Part shown: positions 25,234-37,417 of the stretch, piece after piece
Layout: each line of letters opens with the position of its first letter
How positions within the stretch are numbered: position 1 is the first letter of the stretch
From: Octopus bimaculoides
Lineage: Eukaryota
Assembly: GCF_001194135.2 (NCBI RefSeq)
Contig: NC_068984.1
Location: 47,330,219 to 47,371,869 of the forward strand
Length of the DNA: 41,651 nt
Reading direction: 5' to 3'
The notes under the pieces: model-generated
What the model was told of the DNA's origin: nothing
The model's input: the letters and a program-made list of their open reading frames with translations, nothing else
Database searches by the model: none
Program-made: the position numbers and the translations under genes

Positions 25234-26125
25234 GTCTAAACCAGTGGTTCCCAACCAATTTGTGGTCATGCTCCAATGAATCATTTCTAAAATCCTGATG
25301 CCCCCTTGTGATATCTAATTTTTATTATTCAAAATTTGGTTAATGTTTACAATATTACCCAGAACCAAAATATTAAAAAAAAAATAGTACAACGGATGTA
25401 GAAAAATAGTACAACGGATGTAAAAAAATGTGTAGGAAACAAATATGAATAAAACATGTGCGGAAAGCAATGGGTGGGGGAGGACTTTGGAAAATTTACA
25501 AGATCTGAGTTTTTCCCTCATACCTTTTAGGAAAATGTTTCTTTTTAAATGAAATTTTATATAAATACCTTTCAACTGACAGATTATGATTATAAAGAAA
25601 CTTTTTGGGAAAATCTTTTCTGAGGTGTGGGGAGACGACTTTGGAAAATTCACAATATCTTAGTTTTTCTCCCATAACTCGGTGACAGCTTATATTGGAA
25701 AGTGGGTATAAATCCAAATTTTAAATATTCCTCTGAATATTGATGAACTTTTTTTTACTTGCACTACTCATTTTACGTATTTTTGAATCAGCATAACTAC
25801 AGATTTCTGCCCCCACCCAGACTTTGGTTGATCATAACTTTCAGAAAAAGGAATATTTTTAACGAAATTGTCTACGAATATGTGTTATATCGTGTAGATG
25901 CCGAATATACAAAATTTTGCTGGGGAAGTGTTTTCGGAAAATTCACTGGAGTCCACTTCAATTCGTCTTAACTTTCAAGAAAATATATATTCTAAAATGA
26001 AATTCACTACAAATATACCTCTGTCCATGTAGATTCCGAGGACATAGGAATTTTGGGGCAAAACAATTGGGGCTATTTTTGAGAACTGTTCCCCACTCAC
26101 AGGTGTTTCTGAACAAGTCGTCCAT

Positions 26126-26874
26126 NNNNNNNNNNNNNNNNNNNNNNNNNNNNNNNNNNNNNNNNNNNNNNNNNNNNNNNNNNNNNNNNNNNNNNNNNNN
26201 NNNNNNNNNNNNNNNNNNNNNNNNNNNNNNNNNNNNNNNNNNNNNNNNNNNNNNNNNNNNNNNNNNNNNNNNNNNNNNNNNNNNNNNNNNNNNNNNNNNN
26301 NNNNNNNNNNNNNNNNNNNNNNNNNNNNNNNNNNNNNNNNNNNNNNNNNNNNNNNNNNNNNNNNNNNNNNNNNNNNNNNNNNNNNNNNNNNNNNNNNNNN
26401 NNNNNNNNNNNNNNNNNNNNNNNNNNNNNNNNNNNNNNNNNNNNNNNNNNNNNNNNNNNNNNNNNNNNNNNNNNNNNNNNNNNNNNNNNNNNNNNNNNNN
26501 NNNNNNNNNNNNNNNNNNNNNNNNNNNNNNNNNNNNNNNNNNNNNNNNNNNNNNNNNNNNNNNNNNNNNNNNNNNNNNNNNNNNNNNNNNNNNNNNNNNN
26601 NNNNNNNNNNNNNNNNNNNNNNNNNNNNNNNNNNNNNNNNNNNNNNNNNNNNNNNNNNNNNNNNNNNNNNNNNNNNNNNNNNNNNNNNNNNNNNNNNNNN
26701 NNNNNNNNNNNNNNNNNNNNNNNNNNNNNNNNNNNNNNNNNNNNNNNNNNNNNNNNNNNNNNNNNNNNNNNNNNNNNNNNNNNNNNNNNNNNNNNNNNNN
26801 NNNNNNNNNNNNNNNNNNNNNNNNNNNNNNNNNNNNNNNNNNNNNNNNNNNNNNNNNNNNNNNNNNNNNNNNNN
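26126..26874. other. Assembly gap (749 N)
   Basis: Run of N. Confidence 1.
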
Positions 26875-27989
26875 ACACGAAAAGATTTCAGTATAAACTT
26901 TCGGAAAATATGCTCAAAAAGAAACAAAAAATATTCTGTGAATCTTCTCAGCTGCAAAAGCCTTTGTATCAATGATGGAAGTTTTTTCTTACCTTTTAGT
27001 TGAATTCGCATACTGACTGGTGGGAATAAAATGACCTGTTAATTTTCATTTCTGTTCATAAATATATATATACCTGTGTGTGTGTATGTGTGTGTTACCA
27101 GTACTATAAATCTCTCTCCCTATCTATTTATCTTCTCCCTTCCACTCTCTCTCTCTTTCTCTTGCTTCGTTGATGCTACTCCTTACTTCCACTCCATTTC
27201 AACCCATTTCACACCATTCAATTCCTTCATCTCTCACCCCCAACGCCATTTATTGCCCTATCAACACTCTGCAACACCACATTTTTCTTTTGTACCTAGA
27301 TTTTTTGTCGCCACAGATAAAAGAATCAATACTCTTAGACATACCTGCACACATAAGTCTGTCTACAGTTTATTTTTCCATAGGGAATTAAGATGGCATT
27401 GCTTTCAGTACTGACCAGTTCTATACTACATGCAAGCACGCATACACACACACAAAGAAACCACACATACACATACTCGTTTGTAATTACCTACATGTTT
27501 TCAAATACCACTAAATCGAAGGAAATAATCTATTCCCTCTTTAGTGACATCATATCTTATGAATAAGATGAAAATGACCTGCTGTCTCTAAAGTGTCCAA
27601 AATTTGATAAAATTGTCCACAGAAGGGATGTAAGGAATTTTTTTTTAAATAACTTATTCTCGAATTGCCCCCTTTCTATCATGATATACTAAACATTGCA
27701 TACAAAAGGTATAAAAATTCAGCATAACTCTATGCATGCCTCACCAAAATATTAGCATACCCCATCGGTGGGGCATGTTCCCCACATTGGAAATCATGGG
27801 TCTAGACCCTCCTTCTTTCAAGTCTTGTGTTTATATTAGGAAGAATTATGCAATATATATCCCTGCATCACTGTATCAACCAGACTATAGGATGTTGTTA
27901 TACATCACTGTTCATAGTACACTTCCTTGCTTTGTTGTAGCTTTCAAATGATGCCAGCCTGCAGGCTAGGCAGGCAGGACAGCATTCTC

Positions 27990-28150
27990 CTTGAATGTGA
28001 CACCAGTCTGTTGCAGGGTTACCCATTTAGCTTTAAGTGGACTGAGCAATGTGAAATGAAGTGTTTTGCTCAAGAACACAAACACACTGCTGATATGGGA
28101 ATTGAAACAACAGTCTTGCAATAAAGACTATTAGATCCTAACCACTAGGT
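27990..28150 (-). mobile_element. Decayed tRNA-derived SINE
   Basis: gtggactgagcaatgtgaaatgaagtgttttgctcaagaacacaa...gggaattgaaac...cctaaccactagg; the reverse complement gives A-box/B-box-like head sequences. Confidence 0.65.
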
Positions 28151-28910
28151 GACAGGAACTCACATACATACAGTCATGCACACACACATGCATGCGTACA
28201 CACATATAAAGAAGAAAAATATACCAAATATAAATCCCTGATCTATTGAAATCATTTTTCTTTGAAGAGAGGAATAAATAGCAATTGTGGCTAAATCCAA
28301 GAGTGAGGAGGAGGAAATAAAATTAAAAATCAAGAATTTCTCAGAAGCTGACATGCCATTAAAGAAACGGCAGTCCAATTCTTTAGGGTAAAGAGTAAGC
28401 CTATGGACACATACTGGTATCATTACAGCACCTTGAGTTCAGCAATCACAATACTTAGGCATACATAAAAAGAATGGAAAACATGTTGGACCAAGAGTAA
28501 ATAATAGAATTCAAAAGAAAATAAATTTGGGGACAATAATTGAAATTCAATCTAATTTATATGCTTTTCAGTCTCAGTAATAATTTATTTCATTTTACTA
28601 ATGAATACACTTTAATTTTATCAGTTTTGAAGTGGAAGAAAATAAAAGTTAAGTCTGAAAGAAAGGTAACATATTTGAAGGCATAAAAGACACAAGGGCA
28701 TTTTAGGAACATTCCACTTTCAGCAAACCATATTCAAGGAAAAGACATTTTTAGTCAGTCAAACAAGTAATGTATGACCAACTTCTTACATAAGACCAGG
28801 CTTATATTTTAAGACATTATTTTCATAAACCAGTACATCTCTTATGCCTTGAAATACAGTTAACTGAATCTTAGTTTCTATTTACAAAGAGAAGTGTTTG
28901 GTAGACTTAC

Positions 28911-29155
28911 CGAACTTTTACACCATTGAACATGCCTGTATTTATATAGAAAGGGCAGACCACTGTTGTGTGAACACCATCTTTGCCTAATACTTCAAGT
29001 TCAAATCGAAGACTCTCTTCAAATCCTACCACTGCAAACTTGCTGGCACAATAATCAGTAAGGCTATTGACACCAAGGAGACCTGCTGCACTTGCTACAG
29101 TTACAACATGTCCATGGTTTTCTTTGATCATAGTTGGTAGAAATGCTTTCACAGT
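28911..29155 (-). CDS. SDR16C5: SDR16C5-like catalytic exon (245 nt)
   Basis: ttttcag|ACT ... CG|gtaagt; phase 0-2. [81 protein letters not shown](R) has the catalytic Ser (VAS) and YxxxK (YCASK). Confidence 0.97.
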
Positions 29156-29432
29156 CTGAAAATGGCAAGGACTTGATTAATGTAAAGTTTGTATGAATGA
29201 CAAAGTGAATGAGGCAACTTATAATAAAGGTAATGATGACAAAACTTGCTTTACTAAGTACATGTATATAGCTGTAGGCATAACTGCTGTGTATGTGATA
29301 GAAAAGTTTGTTTTACATCCACGTGGTTTCAGACTGAAAGCCTACTGCATGACAACTTGAGTAAACTTTGTACTAAAGTATCATGTCAACCAATGCCTTA
29401 CAAGGTATGTATGGTAGCCAGAAACTGTACGG

Positions 29433-29473
<41 letters not shown>

Positions 29474-30579
29474 TGTGTCATTGTCTTTGTTTGTCTTTAC
29501 ATGATTATGTTTATGTTCATTTATGCCACTCAGTCTAGTGGTTCAACAAATAGGATTTGATAAAATAAGAACATGATCTAAATATGAAAATAAGTACAGA
29601 AGCTATTACAGTTAACTAAATCATTGAACGTGGTGCCTCAACAGGGCCATAGTTGATAGACTTCAACTTACAAAAGAATAAAAATGTAAAAGAATAAATA
29701 TGGTTACTTTGATGCAATATTACACAAAATTTACTGAGAAAACTAACATGCCTATGGGTTTTCAAGCCAAACCTGTATGTTAAACAATAGTAAACAATTT
29801 GTCTGTACAATATGTGTGCAAACAGAAAAAGAAACATAACAGCTGAGTTGAAACAAATATATAATTGTTTTCTATTTTTCAGTCCACAAACATATGCAAA
29901 TAGATTGTCTACAACAATTGTAGCATCAATTAGCCATTTAAAATCACACAAAGACTGTTAACTTCATTTGATCATTTATTATACTTTGTGCGTTTTTTTG
30001 AATGATTAATATGTCTTCCATGCTGCAATCATAGATCCAGAATTGCTTACAATCTTTGTAACACTGTATTACAATGTTTATAATACACAGTATTACCCAA
30101 TAAATATGTTCTATAATATAGTAATGAAACAACATCAGTAATTTAATGTTTGATCTCAATACCAAGAAAGTATTAGATATGCTAATTTGTCTATCCAGTT
30201 TACTCACTTTAATTACTGAATATTAGTGACTTTATAAGCAATGTGCTTGTAGATAAGTCAAGGTGGTACACAGCTAATAACAATGACTCAAACAGGAGTT
30301 GGTGGTACACAGATAATGATGATGACTCTGACAAGAGCCAAAACATATGTAAGACTATTTCCATTTTCTTTTGTCTGTACATATATTGTACAGATGAATT
30401 GGTTAGAATTGTTGAACAGGTTAGAAAAAAACAAACAAAAAAAAAATTAACAAGCTATAGATACGCTCAACAGTACATTGTAGCAACAAACCAAAACACT
30501 AATTTAACATGCTTGAATCCTATTAGTAATCATTACAACATACATGTGAGAATTTAAATAAATATCAGGCAAGTCAGTG

Positions 30580-30723
30580 TGGGAGGATTCATGCTTTGGA
30601 GGAGTTGAATGCAATTTTACAACACAGTTGCTAATATCAATCTATGTTAACAGCAGTAATAGCAACATCACTGTAAAATTGCATTCAACACCTCAAGAGC
30701 TTGGAGAAGCATGAATCCTCCCA
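30580..30723. repeat. Long inverted repeat (hairpin / probable MITE)
   Basis: Perfect pairings 30581-30596/30707-30722 (16 bp), 30604-30621/30672-30689 (18 bp) and 30627-30633/30660-30666 (7 bp). Confidence 0.95.
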
Positions 30724-31334
30724 ATGAAGGGTTTATCAGTGTTTGCTTGATTTTCTAGAAATAACAGTTAAGTTTTGCCTCAAAACAAAACCTACCATTG
30801 TGACAAGTGAAGGACTCTGAGAATAATGTAATGCTAGATATAATGGTCCCAATAAAAGTAAGAAAGTAATGGCTGCAGAGTCCTTCAAAATATTTCTGCT
30901 CAATCAAAGTTTGGTTTAGAGCTAAATACAAACAAAAGAAATGAATTGTGCCTTTCCTGTGGTTCTTTCTTATAATCAAGTGAACAACATTATGTGGTAA
31001 ATCTTTTGGTTACAGATACATGGAAGTGCTGCTGATGAGGTGTGGCCTGAAAATCTTTATCAGCCCTGAATGTAGAATGTGTATCATATATATATATCCA
31101 GTCAACAAGCAACAGTGGGAGTCAATATGTATTGGTTTAACCAGCTAGAAATAACAGTCAAATTTCCCCCGAAATCTCACTGGACTGTTTCTAGAAAAAG
31201 AAAGAGATGTAGTTCTTGATATACTAAACTTAAAAGTATAAGATGTGAGGGTCATAACTTCAATGTCTTTTATGCTAGGGGTTTGCTGAACCAAGACTGA
31301 GAGATTTATAATTACACTTTGGATATACTCTTGG

Positions 31335-31482
31335 AGTGGATGGCATTAGGAAGGGCATCCAGCTGTAGAAACTCAGCCAAATCAGATTGGAGCCTGGTGT
31401 AGCCACCTCGTTCAGCAGTCCTCAGTCAAATCGTCCAACCCATGCTAGCATGGAAAGCGGATGTTAAACGATAATGATGATG
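31335..31482 (+). mobile_element. Retroposon 3' fragment with (ATG)n tail
   Basis: ggcattaggaagggcatccagctgtagaaact...catgctagcatggaaagcgga...gatgatg; inverted homolog of 12113-12272, with more diverged relatives near 14790-14910, 24040-24090 and 36187-36300. Confidence 0.85.
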
Positions 31483-32664
31483 CTACAACAAGTATAAACA
31501 CCTAGTGGTGTAACTAAATACTGCAAACAACTTTTTTTCCAACACTGTGCTGCTTTTACAGTCCACTGACCAACATTTCACAAAGGACAAACCAGCTGTT
31601 CATTCTTCCAGAGTTAATAAAACTAATACTAACAAGTTAAGTACTGTGGTCAATTTAATAAATTATAGCGCCTCATACCACATCATAATTTGAGGTTATG
31701 ATGTAAATCAATACGTTTACACATACTAAAATTATTTTAGCACTTGTATATTCTAGTTGTGAAATTATAATGTTAGCTGTTAAGTGCATAAATACAAGTT
31801 CAAACTTTACTGCAACTGCTTTTTTATGCATTTTTTGTTCTATTTAAAAAATACTTACTATCCTGATTTTTCATGAATACATGATAATATAGCTTAATTT
31901 ATTAGTTATTCTAAGTAGAACAGATAATGGTGCATGCTGACAACATATAAAATGGAGATAGATATATGTAGGCAACTAGGTACTATATTTGAATGTATTG
32001 CCTAAGGCAGTGCTTTACAAAATTGTTCTGTAACATAACAGATAAACAATTTTTAAAAAAGTGCCTTTTATTGGCACTGTTGCAAAGGGATATCGTAACT
32101 TTTAGTATAGAAATAAAAGTCCTTTTAAGTTCTAATATAGGTTAGGAACACCAAGATATCCAAGAAAAAGACACAAAATGTGACAGTAGTTTAATCTAGA
32201 AATAAAAGGCAGATATAAGTATTTTCCTTATATTCTCTAAATATTAAAATAGTTCCCAAAATTAACAACCTTAATGTATATCTTGGTGCCGTATACCACT
32301 GATTATACACAAATATAGAGATATTGAAATGTGAGGAACAGTTCCAGATACATAGTTATTAACAGCAACTTAACTCTGATTAGGCAGATCTATCTGCCAC
32401 TAGTCTCTTTTATTGTGAGAAAATACACCCAAGATTCTTCAACATCATTCGTTTTTTGAAGAGAATAGGATACGGCTTGAAACAGATTTGTGCTAAAAGC
32501 AAGTCAGGCAGCTTCAGAGAGGTTCCCAAGTAGGCATGCATAATATATCGAAGTGTAGTGAGAAACATGTACAACTGATCCATAATATGATTAACAAGAC
32601 ACAAAAATAATAAAAAAGATACCATTATCAACAATAATTCAGTAGTAATGTAGATACTACCTAC

Positions 32665-32796
32665 CCAGAAGTGTGCCATTGTATTGACATCAATAGTTTT
32701 TTGTATCAATTCATCAGGGCACTGCAAAAATTTTCGACCAGTCACAATGCCAGCATTGTTTATTAGTATATGAACCATTCCAATATCTTCGTTCAC
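32665..32796 (-). CDS. SDR16C5: SDR16C5-like exon (132 nt)
   Basis: attttctcag|GTG ... TGG|gtaggt; phase 0-0. [44 protein letters not shown] contains the NNAG motif and the SDR16C-type VNxxAHFW. Confidence 0.97.
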
Positions 32797-33419
32797 CTGA
32801 GAAAATAATGAACAAAAGAATTAATCTTCAGCATGTCAAAGTCTTATCCATAAGTCATATAAATAAAAATCTGGACTCTGATTCTGGAGATTTGCCCTTC
32901 ATCTCAGAAAAGATGAGAAAGTGATAGACATAGGTTTGTAACTTTTATAGGAAGCAATCTAGAATCCAAGGGAACTTGTCTTTGTCATCAACAGTATGCT
33001 TAAAAGAGAGTACATATAACCTGCAATTGACTTAATATATTTTAATTATTAATAAAGTACACACTAAAGACAATGTATTTGGAACATATTATGCTGGGCT
33101 ATGGATGACGTCACCAGATGGCAAGACTTGAATTTCTGTACAATCTTTCTTTAGCTGCAGAAGGAGGAGGAGAGAAAACTCAAACCATATATCATGATCT
33201 GAATATAAATTTGTTTGCTCATTTACTTTTATGACTGGCAGAAGTCTGAAACAATAACAAGGTCTTGATCAAACTGGAAAAACTCTCTCCCTCTAACTTT
33301 TCAACCCACATACTTTCCTCCTATCGTTCCTTATTCCTCACTGGTTTTAACACAACAGGGTATTCAGTCTACTTGCACTACATCTAATTTTCATTCACAT
33401 TACTCTATGCTAGTGAGAT

Positions 33420-33702
33420 TAAAGTGCAACTGGATGAGCACTCCACAGACACGTGTACCCTTAACGTAGTTCTCAGGAATATTCAGCCTGACACAGTGTG
33501 ACAAGTCTGACCCTTTGAAGTAAGAGTGAGAGAAAGTTGTGGTGAAAGAGTACAGCAGGGTTCGCCAACATCTCCTGCCGGAGCCTTGTGGAGCTTTAGG
33601 TGTTTTCGCTCAATAAACACTCACAACGCCCGGTCTGGGAACCGAAACCGCGATCCTATGACCGCGAGTCCACTGCCCTAACCACTGGGCCATTGCGCCT
33701 CC
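33420..33702 (-). mobile_element. tRNA-derived SINE
   Basis: Reverse complement begins ggaggcgcaatggcccagtggttagg (A box) ... gcggtttcggttcc (B box); homologous to 40513-40849. Confidence 0.9.
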
Positions 33703-34227
33703 ACATTACTCTATGTACCAAATGAATAACCAGCAAAAATGCTACATTAAGTAAGACAGAACTAAAACAAACCACAGTCTGATGACAGCAAGCAAGGTTT
33801 TCCTTGCCTTGTAAAATTAATGGCTCCCACTACTTATGAATGTAAGTGCAATGCAAGACTTGAAGTTCACATCATGTAGCTTGATGGCTACCAATAGTGA
33901 AGTAGATTGAATCATGACAGTCGATTTGTTTCGTTTTTCTGTTTCGATTTGGCAATTTTAATGTACAATACAGTCATCATCAGTAGCAGCAGTAGTGATA
34001 GTGGTGGTAGTGACAATACTGTACTGTTCATTATTGTAATTAAATGACATAAATATTAAACCATGTATGTCAATTCTTTTTATGAGTTAGTCATGAAATG
34101 ACTGACTGTATCCATGAATCCAGCCCTGGACTACTGATATTGATGTCAATGATGTTATGTCAGAGATATATTTTCAACAAATAGGCTAGTGGAGTGAGTC
34201 ATATAATTTTTAATATAATAAAGCATA

Positions 34228-34291
34228 AGTGAGAGAAGCAGTATTAATGAGTGAGAGAAGCAGTATTATTAGTGAGAGAAGCAGTATTAAT
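34228..34291. repeat. 21-22-bp minisatellite, 3 copies
   Basis: agtgagagaagcagtatta(a/t)t starts at 34228, 34250 and 34271. Confidence 0.95.
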
Positions 34292-34299
34292 ACCGAAAG

Positions 34300-34698
34300 C
34301 AATCTTAATATCCAACTTAACGTGCATGTTGTGTTACTATTAGGTGTTCTAACAAAACATTCACGTTCAGTTGAATACAAAGTTTGCCTTTTGGTATTAA
34401 TACTGTTTCTAACACTGATTATTTTATTATAAGCCTGCTGGCTATTTGCGACATCAGTGTCTGACAAGTTACTGTAATTTTATATATCGTTGGCAGTGAG
34501 GTTTGGCTGAAGAGACAGTTTCGTTCAGATTACGTGATCTGACAGTCCCGGCACCTATAGCAGATGATTCTCAGCTGCCAACGAAATGAACGTGTGCTTT
34601 CATGCACCATGTGTCCTCAAGAGACGGCCTTTCAAGGTGAGCACTACAGTGTTCGGCATTCTAACAAAACATCCATGTTAAGTTGGATATAAAGGTTG
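34300..34698. repeat. Nested inverted-repeat (foldback/MITE-like) element
   Basis: 37-bp arm 34300-34336 is complementary to 34350-34386 (30/37) and to 34662-34698 (32/37); inner inverted pair 34488-34500/34570-34583. Confidence 0.8.
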
Positions 34699-35459
34699 TC
34701 TAATAACAAAGTTTTGGGAATGGTTTATTTAAATCCTTGCAACTTGGAAATTAATTAATTGTTGTTGTTACTGTTGTTGTTTAGCCTAGGATCAACCTTT
34801 AATCACCTAAAAGGATACATAATCAAAAAATCTAACCATGGCACTCAATGAAATATTTTGATATCTAGAGAGCGTCATCTTTATACAATATTCTTCCATT
34901 TTTTTTTTTTTTGTGAATTTGTTAGGGTGTAATTTGACTGAAATTTGGTTGCTATTACTAGCAGTTCAAGAAAAGAGACAAGGTATTTCTCCTCAGGTAT
35001 GCTATTGTTGACCATCTGGACATACAAGTCATTAATCCTGTTGTAATGAGATTTTTAATGAAATCTTAATTACAATAAGTAACTTTAACATAAGCTGTCA
35101 TGTATAGGTTGATATTAAACGAGATAAATGCAAAAACTACCTGGTAGTCAATACTGTGAAATCATTCAAGTGGTTTCTCAAACATAAAGCGACATTTTGT
35201 GGTGTTGTTATAATAAATTAATTCAAAATTGCAGAACAAACTTAGGATCCTAGAAAACACGTATCTGTCAAGGTAGGAAATTAATGAACAGCTCAAAGTG
35301 TAATAATTTAGTATAGAGCTCAAAAGAGGAGCAGTTTAATGTTTTGTGCAGTAACCTTCATCTAAGGGTGATGAGTCAACTTTCAGATATTAATGGTACT
35401 TATTTTATTGCCAATAAAAGACAAAAATGTAAACTCAGAACAGTTAGGGGCTGATCTCC

Positions 35460-35469
35460 NNNNNNNNNN
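35460..35469. other. Assembly gap (10 N) next to poly(A)
   Basis: Run of N. Confidence 1.
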
Positions 35470-36536
35470 AAAAAAAAAAAAAAAGAAATAGCAAAACCAG
35501 TGTTTCTCCTCTACATAAGATAAAGAAGAAAAAAACAGAAAAATATGTTCATCATGAGACCAATATCTTCGTTGTAAAACTGATATCTGAGAAGAAAACT
35601 TGTAATACGTTTTTCCATGCAAGCATTGCAAAACACATGCGAGAAGGTGGACTATTAATGCTGGATTAGATTGCCTTGACTCTCACCCTTTCCTTTAAAC
35701 TCTAGCTTACACTTGCTTAGTCAAAAGAGATTAATACATCAAGAAAACTAATTACGAGACCTGTTTTAAAATGTTCTCTTCCCAATTTAGTTAACTGTTT
35801 TAGGGTACACTTGTGGCATTGTATTTCACCATATACACAGGCACATTCCACCAGTTAATGCCTTTATATCTATTTACATATGAATATATGTGCACACGTG
35901 GACACACACAGACACAGACACACACACACACCATATTTACTCCTTTATCGGCTGAAGAAGGCGCACTATCTCATACTTGATTGTAATTGAAAAACAAATG
36001 GGATTTGCCATATGTACAGAGTAAAGCGAAAACTGAAGGGAAAAATTTTGTACCAAGATTTAATACTAAATCAGTTCAATTTAAACATGAGTAAATAGAG
36101 AACACACACACATACATACAGATATGCATGTATATAGGTAGGTAGGTAAGTATATATGTACCATCGTCATTATCATAGTCAATAAGTAACGTCTGTTTCC
36201 ATGGAGGCATAAATTGGATGATTTAAGAGGAATGCACGAAGCTCCAGTGTCTGCTTTGGCATGGTCATTAGGGCGGAATGTTCTTCTCAATGGCAATCAC
36301 ATTACAGAGTATACTGGGTGCTTTATACATAGCCCTGGCACTAGTCTAGTCACCAAGCAACTTGCAAGACTAGACCTCTCAACTAAGTGGGGACTAGTAT
36401 TGAGGGAGGTGACTTTGCCTCAGGTGTTGAGCGATTACGGGAACTAATTTAAAAGAATGTAATTACATTACTTTATAGATACACTTTCAAATGCATGTAT
36501 TCAATATTCAACAAAACCAATACACACACACACACA

Positions 36537-36566
<30 letters not shown>

Positions 36567-36567
<1 letters not shown>

Positions 36568-36690
36568 GAGGGAGTGCTGAAAAGTTCCTGGCTTTGGGTA
36601 AAAGAAAATACATATTCCAATCTCAGATTCATGCACCTAATGCAGTGGTCATTCAGTTTCGCAATATCCTTAAATCCAAGAACCCTTTGT
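36567..36690. mobile_element. mariner-type MITE terminus
   Basis: cgagggagtgctgaaaagttcctggcttt resembles a mariner TIR (cf. 21803-21826), inserted in (CA)n; other end not found. Confidence 0.5.
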
Positions 36691-37129
36691 ATATATATTC
36701 TTTCAGATTTTCTGTATATGTTTATTCCTTAAACTTTCTTAATCTTTAAATGCCCTGTCCCAATATTGCAAAGGCATGTCAGTCCTTTAAACTGATATTG
36801 GTCTGGTGCATCAAGTACCACAAGACCAGAGGTTATGAGGATGCGGGACATGTATGGAGTTACCTTCTTTTAGAAGAGTAATTAAGGAGCTGCGCTGGGT
36901 CCATTGTGAACTGTGTGATCGACCTTCTTTTCGAGATAATTCCGATGGTAACTAATTAGCACGTAGCTGAGACCCTGACAGGTGCTACTGCTCCAGGTCA
37001 ATGTAGACCAGGCAACAAAAAGGACCATGGTGTGGCTTCCATATTCCTCAAAATCCTGGAACTCATGAGTTAGAGTCCCGCTGCTAGAAGCACAATTGTA
37101 TACACGCACACACACTGCATGTATACATA

Positions 37130-37417
37130 CAGTAATACCTCACTTTATGAGGATCAAGTTTACGAGATCCCGGATTTACGAGTTTTATTTTATAATGAAT
37201 ATAAATAGGTTAAACAGCCATTTTGTGTGTGTCTGGCAATGTCGCAACATGTAGCAACACTGGTTCCGACGCGTCTACACAGCTGCATATAACGACGAAG
37301 TAAAATGACAGCATCAAATTCCATTGCAACTATGGGAAATGATTGCTCTGTTTGCCGAGTTCTTGTTTTACGAGCAATCTCCGAGAACAAATTAACTCGT
37401 ATATCGAGGCATTGTTG
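37130..37417. mobile_element. Tigger/pogo-like MITE (288 bp)
   Basis: ta|cagtaatacctcactttatgag ... ctcgtatatcgaggcattgttg|ta: imperfect TIRs, TA on both sides, internal ttacgag repeats. Confidence 0.75.

Noticed and set aside
25958-27011. Three ~300-aa ORFs
   Set aside because: Artefacts of reading through the 749-N gap.
27345-27410. 66-nt open phase 2-2 AG...GT segment as a possible cassette exon
   Set aside because: Poor pyrimidine tract and no resemblance to SDR sequence; expected by chance in a long intron.
30254-30335. ~39-bp imperfect duplication giving a 13-aa repeat in ORF 30243-30557
   Set aside because: Local tandem duplication with (AAT/GAT)n content; no coding evidence.
33104-33111. 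TGACGTCA (CRE) palindrome
   Set aside because: A single 8-mer in 41 kb has no supporting promoter context.
34228-34291. Short direct repeats as a possible CRISPR array
   Set aside because: Contiguous copies with no unique spacers, no cas genes, eukaryotic context.
35545-35590. 14-nt identity (AACGAAGATATTGG) to the start of the 32796 exon
   Set aside because: Similarity does not extend, and no NNAG motif follows.
36864-37088. AG...GT-bounded GC-richer segment (ORF 36882-37115)
   Set aside because: Stops in all three frames, and the core resembles a diverged interspersed repeat.
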